From the NCBI RefSeq assembly GCF_001194135.2, contig NC_068982.1, positions 55,477,887 to 55,541,886 on the forward strand: a DNA stretch of 64,000 bases, read 5' to 3'. A program made the position numbers and the translations under genes. The notes under the pieces are model-generated. The model was not told the DNA's origin and made no database searches. It was given only the letters and a program-made list of their open reading frames with translations. The number at the start of each line of letters is the position of its first letter. Positions within the stretch are counted from its first letter, which is position 1. Shown piece after piece: positions 1 through 12,385 of the stretch. Source of the stretch: Octopus bimaculoides (Eukaryota).

Positions 1-213
1 TGCTTGTGTTGCACACTAGCTCACTCCCTCCATCAAATCAACATTGTCTGAACAGGTACACCATGTACTTACGCATCAGGTGTCAAAGTGATTGCAGAGC
101 AACATCAGATGAAGTGTTTTGCTCAAAAATGCAACACACCAACCAGTCTAGGAACTGAAAGCACAATCGCTTGATCATGAGTTCAACAACCTAACCACTA
201 GGCCATGTGCCCT
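1..213 (-). mobile_element. tRNA-derived SINE, 5' part
   Basis: Reverse complement begins GTGAGGGCACATGGCCTAGTGGTTAGG (A-box-like tRNA head); homologous to the + copy at 4373-4640. Confidence 0.7.
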
Positions 214-384
214 CACCTATATATAGGTGATTATTTACCATATTTACCAGTATAAATGTATTTTTAAATGTATTAAAAACTTGCCCTATGTCTAATGTGG
301 TCATATTACAGTTAGGTGACAAAGTGTTATAGGCTAGAGAGTTAAGTAAGCATAAATCTGCTTGGCCATTAATTGTTAATGATA

Positions 385-845
385 ACAAAACATTGGTTTG
401 AAATTTGATACAAAGCCAGCAATTTCAGGGGAGTAAGCCAATTACATCAACCACAATGTTCAACTGGGACTCATTTTATCAACGCCAAAAGGATGAAAGG
501 CAAAGTTGACCTCGGCAGAATTAGAACTCAGAATGTAAAGACAAGACAAATGCTGCTAAGCATTTTGCCCAGCGTGCTAATGATTCTACCAGCTCGCCAC
601 CTTCATTAATAATAGAATATCAATTTCAAATTTTGGCACAAAGCCAGCAACTTTGGGTGAGGGGGTAAACTGATTATATCGACCCCACCGATATTTAGCT
701 AGTACTTATTTTATCAACCCCGAAAGGATGAAAGGTTAAGTTGGCCTCGGTGGAGTTTGAACTCAGAATGTGAAGACAGACAAAATGCTGCTAAGCATTT
801 TGCCCAGTGTATTTAATGATTCTGCCAGTTCCCCGCCTTCATTAA
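385..845 (-). mobile_element. Two tandem copies of one SINE-like repeat (about 385-605 and 625-845)
   Basis: Shared GGATGAAAGG..GTTGACCTCGG..GAACTCAGAATGT..TGCTGCTAAGCATTTTGCCCAG; further copies at about 4800-4960 and, inverted, about 47085-47260. Confidence 0.7.
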
Positions 846-1682
846 TAAAATATTGAAAACAAACTAAAATATCAGTCTGTTGACACAAACTCACAGAGAA
901 TTACTTGCAGAATGTTAGTTATATGGAAAATTCACATGATCTCATTATACTTGCTTCCCTAGCATGCATAACCCACACCTGAAGTGTGTCTTATATTATT
1001 TAACGAATGTGTTACCTTTAAGAAACATTTTTTGATTACCTAAATTCTCCTACAAAGGTAAAAGTTATGTTAAACTTTCTTATGGATGACAATAAAACTG
1101 TAGTGGTATTGTGCCAGTCTGGTGGCCTATTGCAGTAAACAAAAAAACATCACAGCTAGAAATATTAGTTTTACATTTTATTGCAGAAATTTATTTGATC
1201 AAAATAAAAACAACTTAATTTGAAAGAATATAAAGTAGTTCATGACAAATTTATGGTTTCATGCTTTAATCCAATATACTGTCACAGTATTTTATTTACA
1301 TACACAGCACTCATGCGGTTTCAGCATTTAAACCTGCTATATCCAGCCAAAATATTCTGCCTACTTTATGTTCAAACTGTCCAGATCTTGCCTCTCACAC
1401 CTACCCTACAATGTCATTCTACAAATAAACAATGACATCATGAAAATTTTGATGCTACAAGACAATTCGTTATTAATTCAAAAAAATTTTAATAAATAAG
1501 CATGACATTTGACAAAATCTAAATGCTAAATGGCTAGAATGTCTTTCAGTAGGTGTATGGTGAAACATACTAAATTTGTTTTTTACCCACAAATTATACT
1601 TACAAAATAGAGGTGTATCTTATAGAGTGCATCTTACAGTATTTACAGATTTCTTTTTGTTTTTCTCCATTTTCTAACTTTT

Positions 1683-2080
1683 TATTTTTCACTGACATCA
1701 GGCTGCAGCCATACTGGAGTACTGTCTTGAAGAATTTTCGTCAAATGAATCAACCCCAGTACTTTTTTTTTTTAAAGCCTAATACTTATTCTGTTAGTGT
1801 AATTTGCAAAACCACTAAGTTACGGGGATGTAAACACCAAGACTGGTTGTCAAGCGGTAAGGGGAGTGGGGGACAAGCAAAGACACAAAAACACACACAC
1901 ACACAGATATATACATATATATGACAGGGATTTTCAGTTTCTATCTACCAGATACACTCACAAGGCTCTGGTTGGCCCAAGGCTATAATAGAAGGCACTT
2001 GCCCAAGTTGCCATGCAGTGGGATGGAACCCATAACCATGAGGTTGGGAAGCAAGCTTCTTGCCACACAGCCACTCCTGT
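1683..2080 (-). mobile_element. tRNA-derived SINE (abundant family with internal CA/TA microsatellite)
   Basis: Head GTGGCTGTGTGGCAAGAAGCTTGCTTCCCAAC, TTGGGCAAGTG core and AAACACCA body; same family at 3113, 17572, 34150, 44598 and 44983. Confidence 0.75.
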
Positions 2081-3112
2081 GCCTTTACTGTTTACTTTTG
2101 CAAATTATTTTACTTTTCACTGAATTATTGAAATTACAGGCTGCTCAATGTAGTCAAGTTTCTTGAAACCCAACAAAAAGTATTTGTCAATTACAAATTT
2201 GGTCATTACCTACACAAATATACCCCACCAACTTTGTTTCCTCATAACTTTCAGAAAATGGGTCTTTTTTAATGAAATTTATGTAATATGAAAAAAAAAA
2301 AAAAAGACTGGTAAACTGGTGGACACATACACATATTAACACATTACATACATATATCTACAAAGTGAAACTTAAAATTTTGAAACAATTATAATATGTC
2401 AGTATGTATATATGCACGCTCACCAACTCTTTTTACAATAAATTTCAATATAATTATAACCTACACAAGCTATTTATAGACAAGTTCATTAAAAACACTC
2501 ATATTCTAAAAGTTATGAGGCAACTCATGTAAATAATCCGAAACTCCTCTTTCCACACCCACTCTGAAAACTTCTTTCGCAGCTAATTATGTTTTTCTTA
2601 AAGTTATGAGGAAACAAAGTCAACTCATGTGAATTACCCAAAACTACTCTTCTCTACTCCAATTTTTTTTTTTTTCACATCAAATTCTAATATAATCGTA
2701 ATCTACATCATGTGAAACGCATTTGTAGAAAATTCTATTGAAAAATATCCATTTTCCCAAAAGTTATGAGGAAACAGTTATACTGAGACAACTGTGTAGG
2801 TGCGCGGGTGCATTTACAAATCGCAACTACATTTCGCTACTATCAATTCAGAAACTGCATTAATTCAAAGAAGTACTAAAAAACAAACGTCTTAATTAGA
2901 ATGCAACTGATTATTTCAATGTAATGTGGCTGGACTATTAACCAAAAAAATGAAAGTCAATCCTTCAGTGTTGGTATACAGAATGCCAATATAATGGACA
3001 ATGTCAATCCCCATCGTTCTCAGCCTAGTTCTTCATCTATGGTCATGAGTGAAGGTTATGTGGGTGACTGATGTTTAGCAATACCGAAGAGGTGCAAAAA
3101 AAAAAAAAAAAA

Positions 3113-3385
3113 GGCCGTGGTGGTTGTTCAGCATGTGGTTAAGAGGCTTGCTTCCCAGCCATGTGGTCTTAGGTTCAGTTCCACTGTACAGCAACTTGGG
3201 CAAGTGTTTTCTATTATAGACCTAGGCTGACTAAAGCCCCAAATGAATCTGGGAGACAGAAACTGAAAGAATTTCGACATATGTGTGCACGTACATATTT
3301 GTGTTCCCCCACCACCACTTGACAACCGTTGCTGGTTTGTTTACATCCCCATAAAAAAAGAGACCGATAGAATAAGTACCAAGGG
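3113..3385 (+). mobile_element. tRNA-derived SINE, same family as 1683-2080
   Basis: GTGGTTAAGAGGCTTGCTTCCCAGCCATGTGG..TTGGGCAAGTGTTTTCT..AAAAGAGACCGATAGAATAAGTAC. Confidence 0.7.
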
Positions 3386-3699
3386 TTAATTACTACTTTA
3401 ACATCTCACCACAAAAACAAAAAACAAACAAGTGTAATAGGTATTAAAAAATATGTATTAAATGAACATGAAAACAAAAATTTGCGCCAATGAACTGGGT
3501 GGTGGGGAAAGGACTTTTGGAAGATTTTTTNNNNNNNNNNNNNNNNNNNNNNNNNNNNNNNNNNNNNNNNNNNNNNNNNNNNNNNNNNNNNNNNNNNNNN
3601 NNNNNNNNNNNNNNNNNNNNNNNNNNNNNNGTGTGTGTGTGTGTGTGTGTGATGTATATACGCACCAAATAAATAAGCGGAAGAAAAATATTGGTTGAT

Positions 3700-4170
3700 A
3701 TGGTCTTTATTTTATCGTTGCAATGTAAGATACAATTTCATCGAGTTGTTGTAGACAGATTATTTGCAATCTTGTCATCCATTCTGTAGGTGAGCGACTG
3801 CTAGAAGATAGATGGAAGAAGAAATGAGAAAAAGTAAAAGAATTTACCTCTCTGTGTTGACAAGCATAGAGGGTGAAATTTGTGTAGTCTCTCACATGAG
3901 GGACTTCATCCGCGGGCTTAATGAAAAGAGGAAGAACTGAATTTGGGTACATGTTGGGAGGCTGAATGTAGGGCAGAGTACAATTAAAGTAATAAGTTTA
4001 TCACTCTTAAACTGTATTTAACCCAAAAATGTTCACTTAAACAATAAAATTTAACTAAGTTGACCCCCTCTCCATAAATTTCTAAGTACTAATATCGAGA
4101 ACAATAGGTAGAAAGTCGTAGAAAAATCTAGGTTAAGATTTCTTGGCTTAGAATCTAGTAAGCTATTCGC
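3700..4170. repeat. Old unclassified interspersed repeat; diverged homolog at about 41375-41850
   Basis: Colinear blocks GACTGCTAGAAGA..GATGGAAGAAG, AGAATTTA.CTC.CTG, GAACTGAATTTGG and TAGAAAAATCTAG in both copies. Confidence 0.55.
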
Positions 4171-4372
4171 TACACACACGCGCGCGCGCGCGCGCGAAAA
4201 TTAAGATAAACATAAGTATAAATTATTAGCTCCTACGTACGTGTCGCTATTGCAGTTATTTGGAATGCTCTAAGTGCATTTGAATGCACTGGATCATCAG
4301 GGAAACACTTTATTACATTCTGTTACAGAGATCTTATATACATACATACATACACACAGACAGACAGACAGA

Positions 4373-4640
4373 CATGGCTTAGTGGTTAGGGTGTTGCACT
4401 CACGATTGCGAGATCGTCGGTTCGATTCCCAGAGTGGGCGTTGCGTTGTGTTCTTGAACAAAGCACTTCATTTCACGTTGCTCTGCGATCATTTTGACAT
4501 CTGACATGTGGTACCCATTGCAGCTGTACAGGTAATGTCGATCTGATGGAGGGAGCGAGCTTATGTCTACACAAACATTTGGTCACTATAAACAAATCAT
4601 CTGAGTGGTGTTCGGTAAGAAATTGTCGGATCCTCATGTT
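4373..4640 (+). mobile_element. tRNA-derived SINE
   Basis: A-box TGGCTTAGTGG and B-box GGTTCGATTCC, followed by body shared with 1-213. Confidence 0.75.
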
Positions 4641-4684
4641 TCGTCTAATGACGGGGGAGTCCATCATATGTTTGTGCGTTTGTG

Positions 4685-4722
<38 letters not shown>

Positions 4723-5034
4723 CGTGCGCGCGTGTTAAACTATTACGGCGAAGACTCGCAATGAAAAGCGAATGCTTTCGCTTTAAATGCTATGTATTCA
4801 CAAGCAGATACCTCTCAGCCTTCTCACTAGGGAAACATTCATGATACAATCCGAAAGAATGAAAGGTGAGGTTGACTACGGTAGGATCTGAACGCAGAGT
4901 GCAGAGATCGCGAACAAATCTCTTGATGCATTCAATCTGACGGTCTAAACGGTTCTGTCACTCGATTACCTTATGTATATATGTATGTATGTACGTACGT
5001 ACGTACGTACGTACGTACGTACGTATGTATGTAC

Positions 5035-5440
5035 ACACTTTGTCATAATTTTTAGTTTATTTTTGTCCAGTCACCTTCCTGATAGCAAGGTTGTAAAGAA
5101 AAGGAAATTATCATCATCTCTTGTGTCTTGATCATCCTTTGAATCGTAAGAACATTTTACTAATTTTGATGGTTCCAGATATACGGCCATTTGTAGTTTA
5201 TGAATTAAAGAGCTACGTTCTTTCTCCATAAATCCAAGTTAAGTTTTGCTTTGGTGCAGGCGGGTTGGTATATAGTCTGTAGCTTCAACAATAACGGGTA
5301 GGAATCTGAACGTGTATCTAGGATATTGGATCAGCAAATTTCTCATTACTGGCCCATAGGTATCTATCTTCCTTCTCTTCTATTTTCTTGCCACAGTAAC
5401 TTCAAGTGAACAGCTGTACTTTAATTTGGTAGGAGTTTTT
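5035..5440 (-). mobile_element. 3' fragment of an RLE-type (R4/Dong-like) non-LTR retrotransposon
   Basis: Minus strand translates to ..KIDTYGPVMRNLLIQYPRYTFRFLPVIVEATDYIP..LGF..KLQ, typical of the RLE C-terminus; flanked by (TATG)n on both sides. Confidence 0.6.
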
Positions 5441-5445
5441 ATTTT

Positions 5446-5481
5446 TATGTATGTATGTATGTATGTATGTATGTATGTATG

Positions 5482-5512
<31 letters not shown>

Positions 5513-5545
5513 GTATGTATATATGTATGCATGTATGTATGTCAT
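5446..5545. repeat. (TATG)n microsatellite; similar tracts at about 4975-5030, 6313-6370, 7618-7765, 8199-8232 and 9871-9900
   Basis: Direct reading. Confidence 0.95.
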
Positions 5546-6378
5546 CAGTTTTATTTCAAGATTTCTTACCAATAGAGACCCGGTTTCTAACCTAGATCCA
5601 AGGCTCCTTCATTGGAATTTCAACAATATCAACAGGATATTTTCATAAGTATGTATGTATACGTGCAGATTTGTATGTTTTGTTTTATGCGTGTCTTCGC
5701 ATGCATATACTTGCATATCTAGACATGCTCACATATACTTAAAGGATAAACTTCTGGAAAGTTTTACAGGTTTTTACAGATCCATCTCTTTTCTGATTCT
5801 GAAAAGCCTAATTTCTCAAGATTAGTATTTAGACAGTATGTTACATATCCCAGTGCCCCAGTAATTACAGGTATAAACCTGAACTTGTAATTTGGATAGA
5901 GTAACTGCAGATTTCTCAGTAGTTCAGGCTCTCGAACCAGAGCTCCACAACTGGATGCAGTTTAAAATCATACTGAAGTCTACTCTGACCCACAGTAGTA
6001 GAATCCCAGCTATTGGTTACTTAGCACGTAAACCAATGAGAATGAAAGACCCCTACTCCTCGTTAGAACTTCCTTCTAGAAGGTAAATTTGTATAAAAAT
6101 CCCCGAAGAGCAGTTGGCTTCTAGTCATCCCAACTGCTGTTGTGTTACTGGTTTCATAGCGTATAGTGCAAAAAGCTGGCCCCAGTGCTGTGCAACACTT
6201 TATCCACTCAAAACAAATCCATGCGCACAGGAATTTCTTGGACTCTCGGAACGTTTGCACAAACTTACTGAGTTTAGGAAGTGGCCTTACTCGGACGCGA
6301 ATCGACTTCTATCATGTATGTATGTATGTATGTATGTATATATGTATGTATGTATGTGTGTGTGTGTATATGCATATA

Positions 6379-6488
6379 CAGTGATACCTCGTTGTACGAG
6401 GACCCGCTTTACGAGACACAGATTTACGAGTTTTCTCTTTACGAGCGTTCTCCAGGAACGAATTAAATGGAATATCGGGGCATTACTG
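6379..6488. mobile_element. Tigger/pogo-like MITE
   Basis: TA on both sides; imperfect TIR CAGTGATACCTCGTT / CAGTAATGCCCCGAT; internal TTTACGAG repeats. Confidence 0.6.
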
Positions 6489-6559
6489 TATGTTCTTATG
6501 TATATATATATGTACAGAGGTAAGAATAAAAACGTGTGCATATAAATATGTATGTGTGT

Positions 6560-6860
6560 GAAGGTGCGTGGTTTAGTGGTTAGGCTATTCAGCTGACGAT
6601 CGTATAAGGTCGTGATTTCAATTCCATGCAACTCGTGTCCTTGAGCAAGACACTTTACTCCACGTTGCTTCAGTCCACTCAGCTGATAAAAATGAGTTCT
6701 ACATGTATTTCATTCTGTGCCATGCTAAATCTCTCTGAGAACTACGTTAAGGCTACGCATGTCTGTGGAGTGCTCAGCCACTTGCACGTTAATTTCATGA
6801 GCAGGCTGTTCCGTTGATCAGATCAACTGGAACACCCGTCGTCGTAACCAACAGAGTACC
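6560..6860 (+). mobile_element. tRNA-derived SINE sharing its 3' half with the 13917 family
   Basis: tRNA-like head, GTGTCCTTGAGCAAGACACT core, then CTACGTTAAGG..GGAGTGCTCAGCCACTTGCACGTTAATTTCA..GATCAACTGGAAC. Confidence 0.75.
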
Positions 6861-8232
6861 ATTATACGTATGTGTGCAGACAACGATATGATTATATATG
6901 TGGAACTCTATGTTTTGACTTATGTATGCGTGTACACGCATATTTGCATCTTAACATCTGTGGATATATGCACTTATTACATGTTAGACTTCGGGAATAT
7001 TTTACGTATTTTCATACTGATTTTAACAGCTTGTAGCTGTTTTTTAATTAGCTCTCTTCTTTCTGGTTTTGCGAATCCCACCTAAGACACAGTCAATTAC
7101 ATATGAAAGAGTTCCAATAATTACAGGCTTAATTTTAAAGTCCTGCATATTTTTCATTATGCACTTATAGTGTATATATGTTTGTTTGTTTGTTTGTCCT
7201 GGGTATGATATTAAACAGTATCCGGTAGTAACGCTCCACTTCGGAACATCTGGAGTTGTGAAGAGCGTGTAGTCACCCCTTTAATTACCATTACTCCTGG
7301 ATCTGTTCTGACCTGGAACAGTGACACTCGCCTAAGTCACATTTATAGGTTAAATCATTTTCCCAGAAGTACTGAAGGCTCCCGTTGATTTTGACAAAGC
7401 TGCAGGGAAGGCAGCTGTTCTGGGAGAAGATTACTATGACATAAAACTTGAAGTGAAAATAGTACTAGTCATTTTGCAATGCTTGTGACTAGAACTACTA
7501 TAGTGACCGAGAGAGTGACAAGTGCTGTACAAGCTTTTGTCACTTAAATCCAATGACGTACAGTAATCTCACTATCTAATTTGAGACGGCTATCATCTGA
7601 TAAGATGAGGCAGCCATCATGTATGTATGTATGTATGTATGTATGTATGTATGTATGTATGTATGCATGCATGCATGTATGTATGTATGTATGTATGTTT
7701 GTATGTATGTATGTTTGTATGTATGTATGTATGTATGTATGTATGTATCGATGTATGTATGTATGGGCGGAAGAGTTAATGAGCTATCAACGGCCATCCA
7801 TCAATATGTATACATGTGTATGTTTGCATGTAGGTATGCGCGGGGTCGTGGAAATTCCTGGGTTGGTGTCCAAGCGCACGTTTGGCCCACTACGAGTGGG
7901 ACGCCCCTCTGTTGGGGGAAACTTTGAGAGAAAACCTGTTGGGGAAACTTTGAGAGAAAACCTGCGACACTGACAATATTCAATGATGTAGACTAGTTCT
8001 TTTCGAGTTTATGTTGTCCATGTTCAGAGAGTGGGATTGGATTTGTGAAAATCCTTTCCCTACTATAAAAAATCATCATGCACAGGCATCGCTTGAAAAA
8101 ACGTAATACCTATCACAAAAATGGCTGGTTGTAGCCTTCGCATGGTTAGGATTTTCGATCGGGCGATGGCAGTATTCGAACACGAGTTTGCAGCCATTAT
8201 GTATGTATGTATGTATGTATGTATGTATGTAT

Positions 8233-9870
8233 GATTGTATCTTTACAATCAAACAATTTCAAGAAAAGTGCATTGAACAGAATCTTGCCCTATACCATTG
8301 CTTTGTTGATTTGAGCAATGCATTCGATACTGTTAATCGAAACGCTCTATGGCTAATTCTAAGGAAAATAGGTTGTCCAGAAAATTTTTTAAGCATGATC
8401 AGGGCTTTGCATCAAGATATGAAAGCTAGAGTTAACTTTGGTGGTAGGTTCTCTGAATCTTTTGCTGTGGAAAATGGAGTAAAGCAAGGAGACCTTGATG
8501 CACCCACCCTCTTTGCAATATACTTTGTTGTTGTGTTGTCACATGCTTTTCAAAACTCTGAGGAGGGTATTTACATAAAATATCGAACAACAGGGAATGT
8601 TTTTAATCTGACCAGACTGAAATTCAAAACGAAGGGTTTTACTTCACTCATTATGGAATTTTTATACGCTGACGGTTGCAATCTTGTCAGTCATTCTGAA
8701 ACAGGTCTGCAATCTCTTGTATCTGCATTTGACTCAGCTTGTGATAATTTTGGCTTGACCATCAACTTGAAAAAATCAGTTGTAATGCATCAACCTGCGT
8801 GTGGTGCTGTTTGTAACACCACTAAAATTTTTGTTAAGGGTAAGTTACTTGAAGTTGTCGATTCGCTGGAAGCTCTGTACAAAATGATGGAAATCTTGAT
8901 ACAGAAATACATCTACGAATTTAAAGGGCAGCAAAAGCATTTGGTGGCTTGGAGTCACGCGTTTGGTGCCAGCGACATATAAATAACAATACAAAGCTGG
9001 CTCTTTCCAAATCATTTGTCTTACTATCCCTGTTGTATTCTTGTGAAACATTGACTTGTTACGAAAAGCATTTTAAATTGTCAGAACAATTCCACCAAAA
9101 ATGCCTTCATCGCATTTTGAACATTAAATGGAGTTCTTTTACTCCAAACACAGATGTCCTTGCATCTACAGGCATCACCTCAAATAAAGCGAGGATTTTG
9201 AGAAACCAAATGAGATGGTGTAGCCATATGGTTCGAACGCATGCCCAAACAGCTCTTTTATGGTGGGATTGCAGAGGGGAAACGCTATTGGCGTAAACCT
9301 AAAAAAAGGTTTAAGGATGACGTAAAGACTACTATGAAGTCACTTGGAATGGATCCAGAGGACATAGAAACCCTTGCTTCAGATCGAGCTGGATGACGAA
9401 CAAAAGTGTGGGGTGGAGTGAAAGCGTTTGAAGAGGCCAATATAACGCATGCAAGACTCAAAAGAGATTTAAGGAAGAATGTTACGATCGAGAAGGTAAA
9501 TTACAATGACCTTTTTGTGTGAACAGTTTGTGACAGACCATACCTTTCTTTTGCTGGGCTCAAATCTCATTTGCGAACCCATGGAAAACGAATCTCCGCC
9601 AAATATTCTGCCTATATGTCTGTGCACACCTTTCAATGCAATGTATACCAGAAGGTTTTTCAAATCTAACGGAGGCCTCAAAAGACATTTTAAGATCCAC
9701 AAAAATCAGAACTTATCTGCAGGTCTTGGTGGTCCAAATCGGATGTGCAATCTATGTGGGGTCTTTTCAGAACATTGTCTGGTTTAGAAAGCCACATTAG
9801 ATGCCATGATGGTTCTAAGGTTTAAGGTACAGGAGGTGGTCAAACTCTGCATAAGGAGTAAACAACCACC
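8233..9870 (+). mobile_element. 5'-truncated RTE-clade LINE (RT, thumb, three C-terminal C2H2 fingers), frameshifted
   Basis: ORF 8188-8982 has RT motifs FVDLSNAFDTV, GVKQGDLDAP and FLYADG; continues in 8949-9296 (LRNQMRWCSH); stop 9823-9825; (ATGT)n tail from 9871. Confidence 0.9.
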
Positions 9871-10079
9871 ATGTATGTATGTATGTATGTATGTATGCAT
9901 GTCTGTATATGTATGTATTTATGTATTTGTATATAATAGTATGTATGCATATATTCCTATGTACGTACATACACGTACATCGGTAAGGATTGGATGTCAT
10001 ATATGTGGATTTGTATGTTTTGACATTTGGATGTGTACACAAATATAAACTTGCATGTCTATAGATGTGTATGAGCACT

Positions 10080-11290
10080 TATATGCTAAACGTCTTGATC
10101 GTTCAACATATTTTGACAGCTTTGTAGCAGTAATTTCCTGAATAAGCGTGTTTTCTTTTTTTGTCTGAAACCAACTTTTCAAGATTGGTACCCTGATAGT
10201 TGTAGGCAGAATCTAAAGCTATAATTCCAATATAGTTACGGCATATTTTTTATCAGTTTGATACTGATATTTTCTTTTCCATTAAACTTTTACATTATGT
10301 TATCATTTGATTGGCAGCTGATTGCAACTGCTATGTATAATTTCTTCTTTCTGTCCCAGATCATTAGGTCTGGTCTGTTATGCCTGCATTTTATCGAAAT
10401 CGCGATAGGGACACTTCAGCTGTATTCTTTCATAGTATGTGTTTTTATATCCCCTGCGTCACTATAGTTTCTTATATTTGCCACCTCAAAATTATCTTTT
10501 CTACTGATTTCGTTGCATAATGCTTCAGCCACATCATTTAGGTAATTTTGTGATGACATTTTCGGATATCTACTTTTGATATGGGTGCCATTCCCAGTGT
10601 TAATTCCATGGAGCCTGTATCGGTTGCCGCATCTAGATGGTTTACCCACCCTTTTTGTACATTAGTTATTTTGTTATTGCCTGCTCCTGTATTGCAAAAG
10701 CTTATCCCCAAACCTAAAAGCAAACATCCCAGACAGATTACCTTGGTTATTAGTGATGCTGTAACTTCGGTCTTTTCTGGAAATATATCCATTCATATAT
10801 TGCAGTAAGGCTGTGGGATTCCTCTGTGTATATATCCCTGGTTAGGGATATATATACACAGAGTCAGGTAATACTTTCTAAGAAGCTCCTTTCCAACTCT
10901 CATGCTGAGTTGATCCATGGCTGAATTTTGACATATAGTAGCTTATAAGTTTTTCTAAGAGATATGATGTGATATTCAGAGTCTGTCTAAATCGATTTTA
11001 AGATTCTGCTGCTTTGATAGAAGCTGTCTACATCACTGTTGATGTGGAAATTTCTGCTATTAGTTAACAATTTTCGGGTTTTAACACTAATAGTCCGGAC
11101 CTCATATACTGCCAAAGAAGCTCAAATGCTGACATGAATACTGCTACAGCAAACATATTGAGGACTATTGATTTGTTGTATGCGGAAAGTTTTGTGCGCT
11201 AAATTTTGCGTTGCTTGTTATGGATTCCATCCGTAAACATCTGCAACATTTTCCATCCGATATTGGCGAAATAGTTGATAGCCACTGATA
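10080..11290 (-). mobile_element. Degraded R4/Dong-like RLE LINE (thumb, CCHC remnant, restriction-like endonuclease)
   Basis: Minus strand gives NKSIVLNMFAVAVF, HIKSRYPKMSSQNY..NDVA and HNRPDLMIWDRKKK (PD-D/ExK-type RLE motif), with many stops. Confidence 0.65.
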
Positions 11291-12184
11291 TAAATGTTGC
11301 TATATGGGTTCATAATTGTATGTGTGTATGTATAACTGATGTGTTAACAGTGTTTCGTTTCGCTGCTATAATGTGCGTTTATATAGTTTATTATTTAAAC
11401 TATGTATAACGATAATTGTAAAATCTTTTCCTCTGTGCACTATGTGAGCGGACAGAAAAGGGGAAGAACAGCTGTTCGTACGTTTGGGGTCTTAGTCAGC
11501 AGCTTTGTTTTAACTATTTATAAACAATTGCTTACATTAAAGGTTAAGGTAAATTAGACAGACCAATTTCCACATTTAACAATTTCATGGCTGTGAGATC
11601 AAACATGAAATTATTGGTGTTTTAAATGAGTTTGATTTTCTTGCTATAACGTATTATAGAATGTATCTATAGATTTTTTTTTAATATATGGAATGAAATT
11701 AGGCGAAATTAAGCGTTCACCAGATTTACATATAAATAAATGTATGTGGCATATTAACAATGAGGTTAATGGAAAGTTTGATGGATGGATGAGATGTCAT
11801 TGTTTCCAGTCATGTTTATTGTTAAAAATTGTATCGGACACGACCATCGGTGAGGAGCTATATTACAGTGGAAAAGTTGTTTTCATGCAAAAGGTTTGGT
11901 TGAACAGGTTCTATTGTGATGTGCAGAAGAGAGAGAGTGAGAGAAAGAGAGAGAGAGGGAATATCACTGTCAGCTACCAGTACAGTCCTTAACCTTTAGC
12001 TAATAGGAGTTAGGTCGTTCGTGTTGCAGAGACTTCATATTTGGTGAGTATAGTTGTCAACATTGATATTGAATAAAGCCTAACAAACGTATAACTATAT
12101 TCTGTTTGTTCTGTTGTCTGCTCTCGGTGCTCTCTGTTTTCTCTCAGACCCATTCTGTCTCTTCCTCTGATTTAGTTTATTTAA

Positions 12185-12306
12185 GCTAGCCCATCCGCCG
12201 CGCCAGCAGCGACGCGACACGAGGTCAGCGTCGTAACCTGACCGGATCCTCGACGGCGAAAAAACCACGATCGCCTCCGTGCATCGGGCCGAAAGCGCGC
12301 GCCCCC
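12185..12306. other. CpG-rich, GC-rich island with several hairpins, unidentified
   Basis: Sharp composition switch from AT-rich flanks; stems GGTCAG/CTGACC and GGCGA/TCGCC plus an 8-bp stem with G-U pairs on the minus strand. Confidence 0.5.
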
Positions 12307-12385
12307 AAATTAATTGATTTACCTCAAGCAACTTTAATGTAGCGTCAACTTTCTGTATGAAATATTCACTTTTTAAAAAAGGTTT

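Noticed and set aside
7581-7973. ORFs rich in MYVC, HTHT or CVCV (also 5451, 26003, 33020, 40099, 63533)
   Set aside because: Translations of (TATG)n, (CA)n and (TA)n microsatellites; no coding signal
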